This document shows, piece by piece, positions 41,901 to 53,465 of a DNA stretch of 64,000 bases. The translations under genes and the position numbers were made by a program. The stretch lies in assembly GCA_000004985.1 (NCBI GenBank), contig GG738894.1; one strand, written 5' to 3'. A model generated the notes under the pieces. That model saw nothing but the letters and a program-made list of their open reading frames with translations. It ran no database searches and had not been told where the DNA came from. The DNA comes from Naegleria gruberi (taxonomy: Eukaryota). Within the stretch, counting starts at the first letter, position 1, and each line of letters starts with the position of its first letter.

Positions 41901-44900
41901 NNNNNNNNNNNNNNNNNNNNNNNNNNNNNNNNNNNNNNNNNNNNNNNNNNNNNNNNNNNNNNNNNNNNNNNNNNNNNNNNNNNNNNNNNNNNNNNNNNNN
42001 NNNNNNNNNNNNNNNNNNNNNNNNNNNNNNNNNNNNNNNNNNNNNNNNNNNNNNNNNNNNNNNNNNNNNNNNNNNNNNNNNNNNNNNNNNNNNNNNNNNN
42101 NNNNNNNNNNNNNNNNNNNNNNNNNNNNNNNNNNNNNNNNNNNNNNNNNNNNNNNNNNNNNNNNNNNNNNNNNNNNNNNNNNNNNNNNNNNNNNNNNNNN
42201 NNNNNNNNNNNNNNNNNNNNNNNNNNNNNNNNNNNNNNNNNNNNNNNNNNNNNNNNNNNNNNNNNNNNNNNNNNNNNNNNNNNNNNNNNNNNNNNNNNNN
42301 NNNNNNNNNNNNNNNNNNNNNNNNNNNNNNNNNNNNNNNNNNNNNNNNNNNNNNNNNNNNNNNNNNNNNNNNNNNNNNNNNNNNNNNNNNNNNNNNNNNN
42401 NNNNNNNNNNNNNNNNNNNNNNNNNNNNNNNNNNNNNNNNNNNNNNNNNNNNNNNNNNNNNNNNNNNNNNNNNNNNNNNNNNNNNNNNNNNNNNNNNNNN
42501 NNNNNNNNNNNNNNNNNNNNNNNNNNNNNNNNNNNNNNNNNNNNNNNNNNNNNNNNNNNNNNNNNNNNNNNNNNNNNNNNNNNNNNNNNNNNNNNNNNNN
42601 NNNNNNNNNNNNNNNNNNNNNNNNNNNNNNNNNNNNNNNNNNNNNNNNNNNNNNNNNNNNNNNNNNNNNNNNNNNNNNNNNNNNNNNNNNNNNNNNNNNN
42701 NNNNNNNNNNNNNNNNNNNNNNNNNNNNNNNNNNNNNNNNNNNNNNNNNNNNNNNNNNNNNNNNNNNNNNNNNNNNNNNNNNNNNNNNNNNNNNNNNNNN
42801 NNNNNNNNNNNNNNNNNNNNNNNNNNNNNNNNNNNNNNNNNNNNNNNNNNNNNNNNNNNNNNNNNNNNNNNNNNNNNNNNNNNNNNNNNNNNNNNNNNNN
42901 NNNNNNNNNNNNNNNNNNNNNNNNNNNNNNNNNNNNNNNNNNNNNNNNNNNNNNNNNNNNNNNNNNNNNNNNNNNNNNNNNNNNNNNNNNNNNNNNNNNN
43001 NNNNNNNNNNNNNNNNNNNNNNNNNNNNNNNNNNNNNNNNNNNNNNNNNNNNNNNNNNNNNNNNNNNNNNNNNNNNNNNNNNNNNNNNNNNNNNNNNNNN
43101 NNNNNNNNNNNNNNNNNNNNNNNNNNNNNNNNNNNNNNNNNNNNNNNNNNNNNNNNNNNNNNNNNNNNNNNNNNNNNNNNNNNNNNNNNNNNNNNNNNNN
43201 NNNNNNNNNNNNNNNNNNNNNNNNNNNNNNNNNNNNNNNNNNNNNNNNNNNNNNNNNNNNNNNNNNNNNNNNNNNNNNNNNNNNNNNNNNNNNNNNNNNN
43301 NNNNNNNNNNNNNNNNNNNNNNNNNNNNNNNNNNNNNNNNNNNNNNNNNNNNNNNNNNNNNNNNNNNNNNNNNNNNNNNNNNNNNNNNNNNNNNNNNNNN
43401 NNNNNNNNNNNNNNNNNNNNNNNNNNNNNNNNNNNNNNNNNNNNNNNNNNNNNNNNNNNNNNNNNNNNNNNNNNNNNNNNNNNNNNNNNNNNNNNNNNNN
43501 NNNNNNNNNNNNNNNNNNNNNNNNNNNNNNNNNNNNNNNNNNNNNNNNNNNNNNNNNNNNNNNNNNNNNNNNNNNNNNNNNNNNNNNNNNNNNNNNNNNN
43601 NNNNNNNNNNNNNNNNNNNNNNNNNNNNNNNNNNNNNNNNNNNNNNNNNNNNNNNNNNNNNNNNNNNNNNNNNNNNNNNNNNNNNNNNNNNNNNNNNNNN
43701 NNNNNNNNNNNNNNNNNNNNNNNNNNNNNNNNNNNNNNNNNNNNNNNNNNNNNNNNNNNNNNNNNNNNNNNNNNNNNNNNNNNNNNNNNNNNNNNNNNNN
43801 NNNNNNNNNNNNNNNNNNNNNNNNNNNNNNNNNNNNNNNNNNNNNNNNNNNNNNNNNNNNNNNNNNNNNNNNNNNNNNNNNNNNNNNNNNNNNNNNNNNN
43901 NNNNNNNNNNNNNNNNNNNNNNNNNNNNNNNNNNNNNNNNNNNNNNNNNNNNNNNNNNNNNNNNNNNNNNNNNNNNNNNNNNNNNNNNNNNNNNNNNNNN
44001 NNNNNNNNNNNNNNNNNNNNNNNNNNNNNNNNNNNNNNNNNNNNNNNNNNNNNNNNNNNNNNNNNNNNNNNNNNNNNNNNNNNNNNNNNNNNNNNNNNNN
44101 NNNNNNNNNNNNNNNNNNNNNNNNNNNNNNNNNNNNNNNNNNNNNNNNNNNNNNNNNNNNNNNNNNNNNNNNNNNNNNNNNNNNNNNNNNNNNNNNNNNN
44201 NNNNNNNNNNNNNNNNNNNNNNNNNNNNNNNNNNNNNNNNNNNNNNNNNNNNNNNNNNNNNNNNNNNNNNNNNNNNNNNNNNNNNNNNNNNNNNNNNNNN
44301 NNNNNNNNNNNNNNNNNNNNNNNNNNNNNNNNNNNNNNNNNNNNNNNNNNNNNNNNNNNNNNNNNNNNNNNNNNNNNNNNNNNNNNNNNNNNNNNNNNNN
44401 NNNNNNNNNNNNNNNNNNNNNNNNNNNNNNNNNNNNNNNNNNNNNNNNNNNNNNNNNNNNNNNNNNNNNNNNNNNNNNNNNNNNNNNNNNNNNNNNNNNN
44501 NNNNNNNNNNNNNNNNNNNNNNNNNNNNNNNNNNNNNNNNNNNNNNNNNNNNNNNNNNNNNNNNNNNNNNNNNNNNNNNNNNNNNNNNNNNNNNNNNNNN
44601 NNNNNNNNNNNNNNNNNNNNNNNNNNNNNNNNNNNNNNNNNNNNNNNNNNNNNNNNNNNNNNNNNNNNNNNNNNNNNNNNNNNNNNNNNNNNNNNNNNNN
44701 NNNNNNNNNNNNNNNNNNNNNNNNNNNNNNNNNNNNNNNNNNNNNNNNNNNNNNNNNNNNNNNNNNNNNNNNNNNNNNNNNNNNNNNNNNNNNNNNNNNN
44801 NNNNNNNNNNNNNNNNNNNNNNNNNNNNNNNNNNNNNNNNNNNNNNNNNNNNNNNNNNNNNNNNNNNNNNNNNNNNNNNNNNNNNNNNNNNNNNNNNNNN

Positions 44901-47900
44901 NNNNNNNNNNNNNNNNNNNNNNNNNNNNNNNNNNNNNNNNNNNNNNNNNNNNNNNNNNNNNNNNNNNNNNNNNNNNNNNNNNNNNNNNNNNNNNNNNNNN
45001 NNNNNNNNNNNNNNNNNNNNNNNNNNNNNNNNNNNNNNNNNNNNNNNNNNNNNNNNNNNNNNNNNNNNNNNNNNNNNNNNNNNNNNNNNNNNNNNNNNNN
45101 NNNNNNNNNNNNNNNNNNNNNNNNNNNNNNNNNNNNNNNNNNNNNNNNNNNNNNNNNNNNNNNNNNNNNNNNNNNNNNNNNNNNNNNNNNNNNNNNNNNN
45201 NNNNNNNNNNNNNNNNNNNNNNNNNNNNNNNNNNNNNNNNNNNNNNNNNNNNNNNNNNNNNNNNNNNNNNNNNNNNNNNNNNNNNNNNNNNNNNNNNNNN
45301 NNNNNNNNNNNNNNNNNNNNNNNNNNNNNNNNNNNNNNNNNNNNNNNNNNNNNNNNNNNNNNNNNNNNNNNNNNNNNNNNNNNNNNNNNNNNNNNNNNNN
45401 NNNNNNNNNNNNNNNNNNNNNNNNNNNNNNNNNNNNNNNNNNNNNNNNNNNNNNNNNNNNNNNNNNNNNNNNNNNNNNNNNNNNNNNNNNNNNNNNNNNN
45501 NNNNNNNNNNNNNNNNNNNNNNNNNNNNNNNNNNNNNNNNNNNNNNNNNNNNNNNNNNNNNNNNNNNNNNNNNNNNNNNNNNNNNNNNNNNNNNNNNNNN
45601 NNNNNNNNNNNNNNNNNNNNNNNNNNNNNNNNNNNNNNNNNNNNNNNNNNNNNNNNNNNNNNNNNNNNNNNNNNNNNNNNNNNNNNNNNNNNNNNNNNNN
45701 NNNNNNNNNNNNNNNNNNNNNNNNNNNNNNNNNNNNNNNNNNNNNNNNNNNNNNNNNNNNNNNNNNNNNNNNNNNNNNNNNNNNNNNNNNNNNNNNNNNN
45801 NNNNNNNNNNNNNNNNNNNNNNNNNNNNNNNNNNNNNNNNNNNNNNNNNNNNNNNNNNNNNNNNNNNNNNNNNNNNNNNNNNNNNNNNNNNNNNNNNNNN
45901 NNNNNNNNNNNNNNNNNNNNNNNNNNNNNNNNNNNNNNNNNNNNNNNNNNNNNNNNNNNNNNNNNNNNNNNNNNNNNNNNNNNNNNNNNNNNNNNNNNNN
46001 NNNNNNNNNNNNNNNNNNNNNNNNNNNNNNNNNNNNNNNNNNNNNNNNNNNNNNNNNNNNNNNNNNNNNNNNNNNNNNNNNNNNNNNNNNNNNNNNNNNN
46101 NNNNNNNNNNNNNNNNNNNNNNNNNNNNNNNNNNNNNNNNNNNNNNNNNNNNNNNNNNNNNNNNNNNNNNNNNNNNNNNNNNNNNNNNNNNNNNNNNNNN
46201 NNNNNNNNNNNNNNNNNNNNNNNNNNNNNNNNNNNNNNNNNNNNNNNNNNNNNNNNNNNNNNNNNNNNNNNNNNNNNNNNNNNNNNNNNNNNNNNNNNNN
46301 NNNNNNNNNNNNNNNNNNNNNNNNNNNNNNNNNNNNNNNNNNNNNNNNNNNNNNNNNNNNNNNNNNNNNNNNNNNNNNNNNNNNNNNNNNNNNNNNNNNN
46401 NNNNNNNNNNNNNNNNNNNNNNNNNNNNNNNNNNNNNNNNNNNNNNNNNNNNNNNNNNNNNNNNNNNNNNNNNNNNNNNNNNNNNNNNNNNNNNNNNNNN
46501 NNNNNNNNNNNNNNNNNNNNNNNNNNNNNNNNNNNNNNNNNNNNNNNNNNNNNNNNNNNNNNNNNNNNNNNNNNNNNNNNNNNNNNNNNNNNNNNNNNNN
46601 NNNNNNNNNNNNNNNNNNNNNNNNNNNNNNNNNNNNNNNNNNNNNNNNNNNNNNNNNNNNNNNNNNNNNNNNNNNNNNNNNNNNNNNNNNNNNNNNNNNN
46701 NNNNNNNNNNNNNNNNNNNNNNNNNNNNNNNNNNNNNNNNNNNNNNNNNNNNNNNNNNNNNNNNNNNNNNNNNNNNNNNNNNNNNNNNNNNNNNNNNNNN
46801 NNNNNNNNNNNNNNNNNNNNNNNNNNNNNNNNNNNNNNNNNNNNNNNNNNNNNNNNNNNNNNNNNNNNNNNNNNNNNNNNNNNNNNNNNNNNNNNNNNNN
46901 NNNNNNNNNNNNNNNNNNNNNNNNNNNNNNNNNNNNNNNNNNNNNNNNNNNNNNNNNNNNNNNNNNNNNNNNNNNNNNNNNNNNNNNNNNNNNNNNNNNN
47001 NNNNNNNNNNNNNNNNNNNNNNNNNNNNNNNNNNNNNNNNNNNNNNNNNNNNNNNNNNNNNNNNNNNNNNNNNNNNNNNNNNNNNNNNNNNNNNNNNNNN
47101 NNNNNNNNNNNNNNNNNNNNNNNNNNNNNNNNNNNNNNNNNNNNNNNNNNNNNNNNNNNNNNNNNNNNNNNNNNNNNNNNNNNNNNNNNNNNNNNNNNNN
47201 NNNNNNNNNNNNNNNNNNNNNNNNNNNNNNNNNNNNNNNNNNNNNNNNNNNNNNNNNNNNNNNNNNNNNNNNNNNNNNNNNNNNNNNNNNNNNNNNNNNN
47301 NNNNNNNNNNNNNNNNNNNNNNNNNNNNNNNNNNNNNNNNNNNNNNNNNNNNNNNNNNNNNNNNNNNNNNNNNNNNNNNNNNNNNNNNNNNNNNNNNNNN
47401 NNNNNNNNNNNNNNNNNNNNNNNNNNNNNNNNNNNNNNNNNNNNNNNNNNNNNNNNNNNNNNNNNNNNNNNNNNNNNNNNNNNNNNNNNNNNNNNNNNNN
47501 NNNNNNNNNNNNNNNNNNNNNNNNNNNNNNNNNNNNNNNNNNNNNNNNNNNNNNNNNNNNNNNNNNNNNNNNNNNNNNNNNNNNNNNNNNNNNNNNNNNN
47601 NNNNNNNNNNNNNNNNNNNNNNNNNNNNNNNNNNNNNNNNNNNNNNNNNNNNNNNNNNNNNNNNNNNNNNNNNNNNNNNNNNNNNNNNNNNNNNNNNNNN
47701 NNNNNNNNNNNNNNNNNNNNNNNNNNNNNNNNNNNNNNNNNNNNNNNNNNNNNNNNNNNNNNNNNNNNNNNNNNNNNNNNNNNNNNNNNNNNNNNNNNNN
47801 NNNNNNNNNNNNNNNNNNNNNNNNNNNNNNNNNNNNNNNNNNNNNNNNNNNNNNNNNNNNNNNNNNNNNNNNNNNNNNNNNNNNNNNNNNNNNNNNNNNN

Positions 47901-48943
47901 NNNNNNNNNNNNNNNNNNNNNNNNNNNNNNNNNNNNNNNNNNNNNNNNNNNNNNNNNNNNNNNNNNNNNNNNNNNNNNNNNNNNNNNNNNNNNNNNNNNN
48001 NNNNNNNNNNNNNNNNNNNNNNNNNNNNNNNNNNNNNNNNNNNNNNNNNNNNNNNNNNNNNNNNNNNNNNNNNNNNNNNNNNNNNNNNNNNNNNNNNNNN
48101 NNNNNNNNNNNNNNNNNNNNNNNNNNNNNNNNNNNNNNNNNNNNNNNNNNNNNNNNNNNNNNNNNNNNNNNNNNNNNNNNNNNNNNNNNNNNNNNNNNNN
48201 NNNNNNNNNNNNNNNNNNNNNNNNNNNNNNNNNNNNNNNNNNNNNNNNNNNNNNNNNNNNNNNNNNNNNNNNNNNNNNNNNNNNNNNNNNNNNNNNNNNN
48301 NNNNNNNNNNNNNNNNNNNNNNNNNNNNNNNNNNNNNNNNNNNNNNNNNNNNNNNNNNNNNNNNNNNNNNNNNNNNNNNNNNNNNNNNNNNNNNNNNNNN
48401 NNNNNNNNNNNNNNNNNNNNNNNNNNNNNNNNNNNNNNNNNNNNNNNNNNNNNNNNNNNNNNNNNNNNNNNNNNNNNNNNNNNNNNNNNNNNNNNNNNNN
48501 NNNNNNNNNNNNNNNNNNNNNNNNNNNNNNNNNNNNNNNNNNNNNNNNNNNNNNNNNNNNNNNNNNNNNNNNNNNNNNNNNNNNNNNNNNNNNNNNNNNN
48601 NNNNNNNNNNNNNNNNNNNNNNNNNNNNNNNNNNNNNNNNNNNNNNNNNNNNNNNNNNNNNNNNNNNNNNNNNNNNNNNNNNNNNNNNNNNNNNNNNNNN
48701 NNNNNNNNNNNNNNNNNNNNNNNNNNNNNNNNNNNNNNNNNNNNNNNNNNNNNNNNNNNNNNNNNNNNNNNNNNNNNNNNNNNNNNNNNNNNNNNNNNNN
48801 NNNNNNNNNNNNNNNNNNNNNNNNNNNNNNNNNNNNNNNNNNNNNNNNNNNNNNNNNNNNNNNNNNNNNNNNNNNNNNNNNNNNNNNNNNNNNNNNNNNN
48901 NNNNNNNNNNNNNNNNNNNNNNNNNNNNNNNNNNNNNNNNNNN
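29910..48943. other. Assembly gap of 19,034 N. Its size is presumably a scaffolding estimate.
   Basis: A literal run of n. The 6476-aa ORF in the supplied track (29640-49070) consists of X residues across this gap and is not real. Confidence 1.
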
Positions 48944-49035
48944 AGAACCTAAGTTGAATTATTTTGATTAGATATACATTATAAACGTTGAACACATAAC
49001 ATAGCACTATGATTTTCAAACAAGGAAACAATAAT

Positions 49036-50295
49036 TTATTGTTGGTTGAGCATTTCCTTAAGTTTGGCAATTTCTAATTGCTGATTCGACACTATTTCTT
49101 TTAACTTCATAATTTCAGAAAACATAAACTGCATTGGTTCAGAAACTGGGGCAAATGATGAAATAGGTGGGAGGGTATTATTTACAGGGATTGGAGTTGT
49201 CATCATTGCATCGCCATGACTCACTACAGTAGTTTGATCTGTTTCAATCTTCACTTTCTTATCAGAATCATTATCTTCATCATCTCTCTTTCTCTTTTGA
49301 GATTCAACAGAAGAAGATGTAGAAGTCACTACAGTTCCTGGCTCAATATACAATTTTCTCTTAGTGTCCTTATCAAGTTGCAATCTACTTCTGGATCTAA
49401 TCCAGAAAAAGCTGGAAACTGCAATACATTCATCATCTTGATTATAAATTTCAATGTAACCTATTCTCGATGATGAACTTCCCTTCAAGGTTGTAATCTT
49501 TTGTGGAATTGTAACTGTACACTCGAATGTTGTTAAATTATTCATATTATTAGGTTTAAAAGCTTCAGATGAAACTATAACACCATCTGCAGAACCATCC
49601 TTCAATTTCAATTTACAAGTACATCTATTAAAAGCTTGAGATGAAATATGGAGAGAATCACGAATAGTGAGGTTATGTGAAGTATCTGGAGGAGCTTTCT
49701 TAGAGTCATTCAAAAGGAAACCTTCTTTACAAACAAATGAATGAGATGGAATTTCACCCTTCCAGTAGTTAGAGAAACTCAAAATTGGGATAGAGGAAGT
49801 ATTCTTTGAAGGTGTAGATCTTTTTGGTTTTTGTTCTTCTCCAACAGCGCTATTCTTTCTCGTAGTAGTTATATTTGAAATATTTTGGAAGGTTTGGATT
49901 GGTTTGATTTCTGATGGACACATTTCATCTCCTGATGATGAACTTGAGCTAGAGTCAGAAAGATTAGATTGTTTTGCTCTTATCAACTCGTTAGTCTTCA
50001 TCAATTTCTTTTGATGTATAGAAGTTAATGGCATTGTTTTGATAGAGTTATCCATAGTCGAAATTGATTGAATTGCAGCTGGTGCAGTATTATTAGTTAT
50101 TGGTTGTTTAACTATTTGAAATGGTTGGGAAAATGGATTAGTATATGCTTGAGCTCCAACAGAATTGAGTACAGATTCTGGTTTGAATGGAGATGATGTA
50201 ATACTAGTATTGGTTGGATTGTTAGTAGGATTCATTAGAAAGAAAGTTGGTGGTAAAGGCTTTTCAGAAAGGTGTGGCATGAATGAATGAGTCAT
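49036..50295 (-). CDS. Hypothetical protein of 419 aa. It is S/T/N-rich with a basic patch and a short C-terminal heptad-like region.
   Basis: It is a clean 1.26-kb ORF with an ATG at 50293-50295. It contains KRKRDDEDNDSDKKVK, which looks like a nuclear localisation signal, and ends ...EIMKLKEIVSNQQLEIAKLKEMLNQQ. Confidence 0.5.
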   Translation of the reverse strand: MTHSFMPHLSEKPLPPTFFLMNPTNNPTNTSITSSPFKPESVLNSVGAQAYTNPFSQPFQIVKQPITNNTAPAAIQSISTMDNSIKTMPLTSIHQKKLMKTNELIRAKQSNLSDSSSSSSSGDEMCPSEIKPIQTFQNISNITTTRKNSAVGEEQKPKRSTPSKNTSSIPILSFSNYWKGEIPSHSFVCKEGFLLNDSKKAPPDTSHNLTIRDSLHISSQAFNRCTCKLKLKDGSADGVIVSSEAFKPNNMNNLTTFECTVTIPQKITTLKGSSSSRIGYIEIYNQDDECIAVSSFFWIRSRSRLQLDKDTKRKLYIEPGTVVTSTSSSVESQKRKRDDEDNDSDKKVKIETDQTTVVSHGDAMMTTPIPVNNTLPPISSFAPVSEPMQFMFSEIMKLKEIVSNQQLEIAKLKEMLNQQ

Positions 50296-51348
50296 ATTGT
50301 GTTTGCTCTGATTTATATATCAGCTTGCGGAGTTGTGTGTATTGCTAAGTTCTTTTTAGAAGGACAAAATTTATAGTGTTGAATTGGAATGTTAGTCTTG
50401 TTTAAATTATCCTCTCTTCAGAGTAAGTATGTTGATATTCCTTAGAGGTTACGAGCGTGTGATTTTTTTTCTTGTTGATTTTGGAAAACAATTTTGCTAG
50501 CTTTATTGATGAATTCTTCACTTTGAGCTAAAAATAGATAGCGAACATTAACTTTTGTCTTCCAATTTCACGTTGGTTGAATATTAATGGGCAGGTTAAA
50601 TTTAAAACGTGTTTTATCCAAATATTCAAAGACATCCATCACTTTCAAAGGATCGTTTGTTGTTGGTGGTCTAACTAATTATTGCGTTTTTGTGCATATT
50701 GATACGTTTGTGCATATCTCTTTGATATCAAAATCTTTGTTGTTGTTATTAATACTTCAATTTTGTTCCTACACCTTCAAGCTGGAAAGAAACCAAGTGA
50801 CACTAATCTCTATGGTGAAACTGCGAGGTGAGAAATCGAAGGAAGTACGCATAAAATCTGTCGTTGAAAATTGAGGAATTTGGTAGGATTAGTGAGACCG
50901 CCCTTCACGGAACCTGACGTGTGGCGATGAACTTGGAAGAAAAAGAAGGAATTTAAATTAGGTGGTAAGAGTTGTTACCGATGTCTCGATTAAATGTGTG
51001 AAACAATGCTATTATAGAGGGCATCATCACAGTTGACAGGATTAATGATGTAATATTACAACGTGTTATGAACATATCTACGGTTCCTTTCCGTGATTGA
51101 TTTGAATAACAGTGAAGAAGAGGAACTATCATAGTTCAACAGCTGAAATTCAGAACTGCACCTTCAAATCTACGGTAGAGCAAGGAATTCAAAATGTAAA
51201 AATAATGGTATGGTTCATCATTATCCAATAATGAAAATCATTAATTGTATATCAGTGTGAATGGGTGTTTTTGAAATCAAGCATTCCACTTCTAGTTTCT
51301 TGAAAATCGTCTTCTAATTGCCTTCTAAAATGATTAAGGATTATCTAC

Positions 51349-52844
51349 CTAACTCCACGGATAGAAATTGCTGAACAGTAAGCATCCTACCATCGAAAAA
51401 GATATGAAATAGAAAATAATAAGCTGTTTCCATTTGGATTCCATTCCTAATGAAATGAATTGTCCAATAAACCAATACATTGCAGGAGTTGTAGAGGAGA
51501 GGAATCTTGTTAGAACCTGAACATGCATTAATAACAATCCCTGTAATAAGAGAACCAACCAGTAGAAAATATAAACGAAAATTTGGTTGTTGGTTTCGAA
51601 TAGAGACTTTTCTTGAGGATGAGTGGGAAAGAGACCAATAGAGATGAATCTCATCTTGTCGTGTGAAAAGTATTGATAAATGGCTGTTAATGATATTAAT
51701 ATCTGTATTGAGGATTAATGAGAAATTAATAAGACGAAAATATACTTACCATAGGACTAGCAAGCAAGAAATTTGGAATTTGTTTGAATTCGTAATATTT
51801 GAATAGTCCAACATTCCAATATTTGCTTTGTACGTAACCATAGAGGTGAGGTAATGTTGATTGGCACCATGGATGATATTTGGAAATGTAATCCTTTCCA
51901 ATTGGAGAGCTTAATCCGTTTTGAGCAGTGCAGAATGAGATATATCCATAATATTGAAATAATAAATAAGGTAACATTACGGATGCACATCCTACAATGA
52001 TATATTTTACAAAATCAAAAAGAAAGTATTTGAATAATTTTGAAATTCTGTCTTCAGACTTTCTATTTTTCCATAAATTAAATTGGTCGAATATAAATTG
52101 ATAAATGTAAAATCCACAAAGAGCTATTCCATTTCCTCTTGTTGCAGTTGCCAGGCAAAAAAATAGACATGATAGTACGTGTCTTTTCTTTGCATGGAAA
52201 TACATTCCCAACAGTGAGAATAGGGAGAACATGCTCTCTGTATAGGCTACACTCATAAAAACAGTAGCAGGATTAATAATATACAGTAGAGTACTAATCT
52301 TGATGAGTTTCCAATTATTTCCAAATAGTTCCTTAGTCAGCTTGATAAATACATAAACCGAAATTATGAAACAAATATTCGAAATTAGTACTCCACTAAT
52401 TACATAATCGTCTACATGATGTAATTGACTACCACTGAATAAAAATTCTCTAACAGGTTGAACAACAAACAATGTCAAATATCGTACACTGAAGGGAAAG
52501 AGAGGAAAGAAGGCAAAAAAATTCTCATATTCATAATAACCAACTTTTGCAATCCTCATGAAGAAAACACTATCCCAATGGGCGAAACCCTTTCCGAAAA
52601 ATTGATTAGAATTTGTTTCATAATCAATGTAATTTGTTGTTGATGAAGAATTATTCAGAGAGGACATAACATAGGAAGATGAATCATAATCTTTCACAAG
52701 CCAATCATTTAATATTATCCATCCAATTATTACTATTCTAAATATCACTGTATAGAAGCAATATTTCCTGGTAATATTTTCTTGCTGATCAATTACTTGT
52801 ATTGTGTTTTTAGTTTCATTCCGTGATGAAGAATTTTCTTGCAT
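51349..52844 (-). CDS. PIGV: GPI mannosyltransferase 2 (PIG-V/Gpi18 family). It has two exons at 51750..52844 and 51349..51702.
   Basis: The product is a multi-pass membrane protein. FAHWDSVFFMRIAKVGYYEYENFFAFFPLFP matches the PIG-V block (HWD...F..IA..GY..E...AFFP.FP). Exon 1 ends ...LLASPM and a 47-nt GTAAGT...caatacag intron joins in phase 0 to ILISLTAIYQYFSHDKMRFISIGLF.... Stops intervene if the gene is left unspliced. Confidence 0.8.
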
Positions 52845-52962
52845 TTTTTAAAAATCAAATTGTGTAACGGCAAATTTCCTTTAAATTTAGATATTGAAAA
52901 TTCCCTCCAAAAACGTAAACAACAAAAAAGATATTCAAAAATACATTAAGGCGGTAAAAAAA

Positions 52963-53424
52963 ATGCATGAACAACGAAGTAGACATCATCATCACCATCA
53001 CAAGATATCAATCAACAACACTGGAAATACATCAACATTATCGGCGAACAATAATAATAATGGTAATGGCAATAACAATGGTAATCGGAGGATAAAATAC
53101 AACTTTTTTCATAGACTGGATGGAGTATCTTCGGGACAGAGAGAAGAGCCAGAAAGTATGATAGAAATAATGGAAAAGGAGGATGACCGAGTAAAAAAGG
53201 AAGAAGAAACAAGAAAACACTTTGAGGAAATTCACCGATTGGAAGAGGAAATGGATAAAAGACGAATAGTAAAGAATGAAATGAAAAATATGAGAGACAA
53301 GAGAAAACAAAAAAGGGAAAAAAGAATAGCCATGAAAGTTCTCTTGTTAATGAATGAAGAAAGAGCCAAGGAATTGAAACCTCAATTCATGGAATTCAAA
53401 CACGGACGTTTATCAAGATATGAT
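52963..53424 (+). CDS. Charged K/E/R-rich low-complexity protein with His6 and poly-Asn tracts. It is possibly the 5' exon of the downstream WD40 gene.
   Basis: The ATG at 52963 is in the context aaaaaaaATGc; the track start is a TTG. The ORF ends ...GRLSRYD immediately before GTGAGT at 53425. A 38-nt intron ending ...tttggtag at 53462 would join in frame to FMAVMKDF... of the WD40 ORF. Confidence 0.4.
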
Positions 53425-53465
53425 GTGAGTAGTTCATTTTATGAAATAATTAACTTTGGTAGTTT

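Noticed and set aside
29640-49070. A giant 6476-aa minus-strand ORF in the supplied track.
   Set aside because: It is made of X residues translated across the 19-kb N gap. Only its ends are real, and they belong to the duplicated Ras-like gene and to unrelated sequence.
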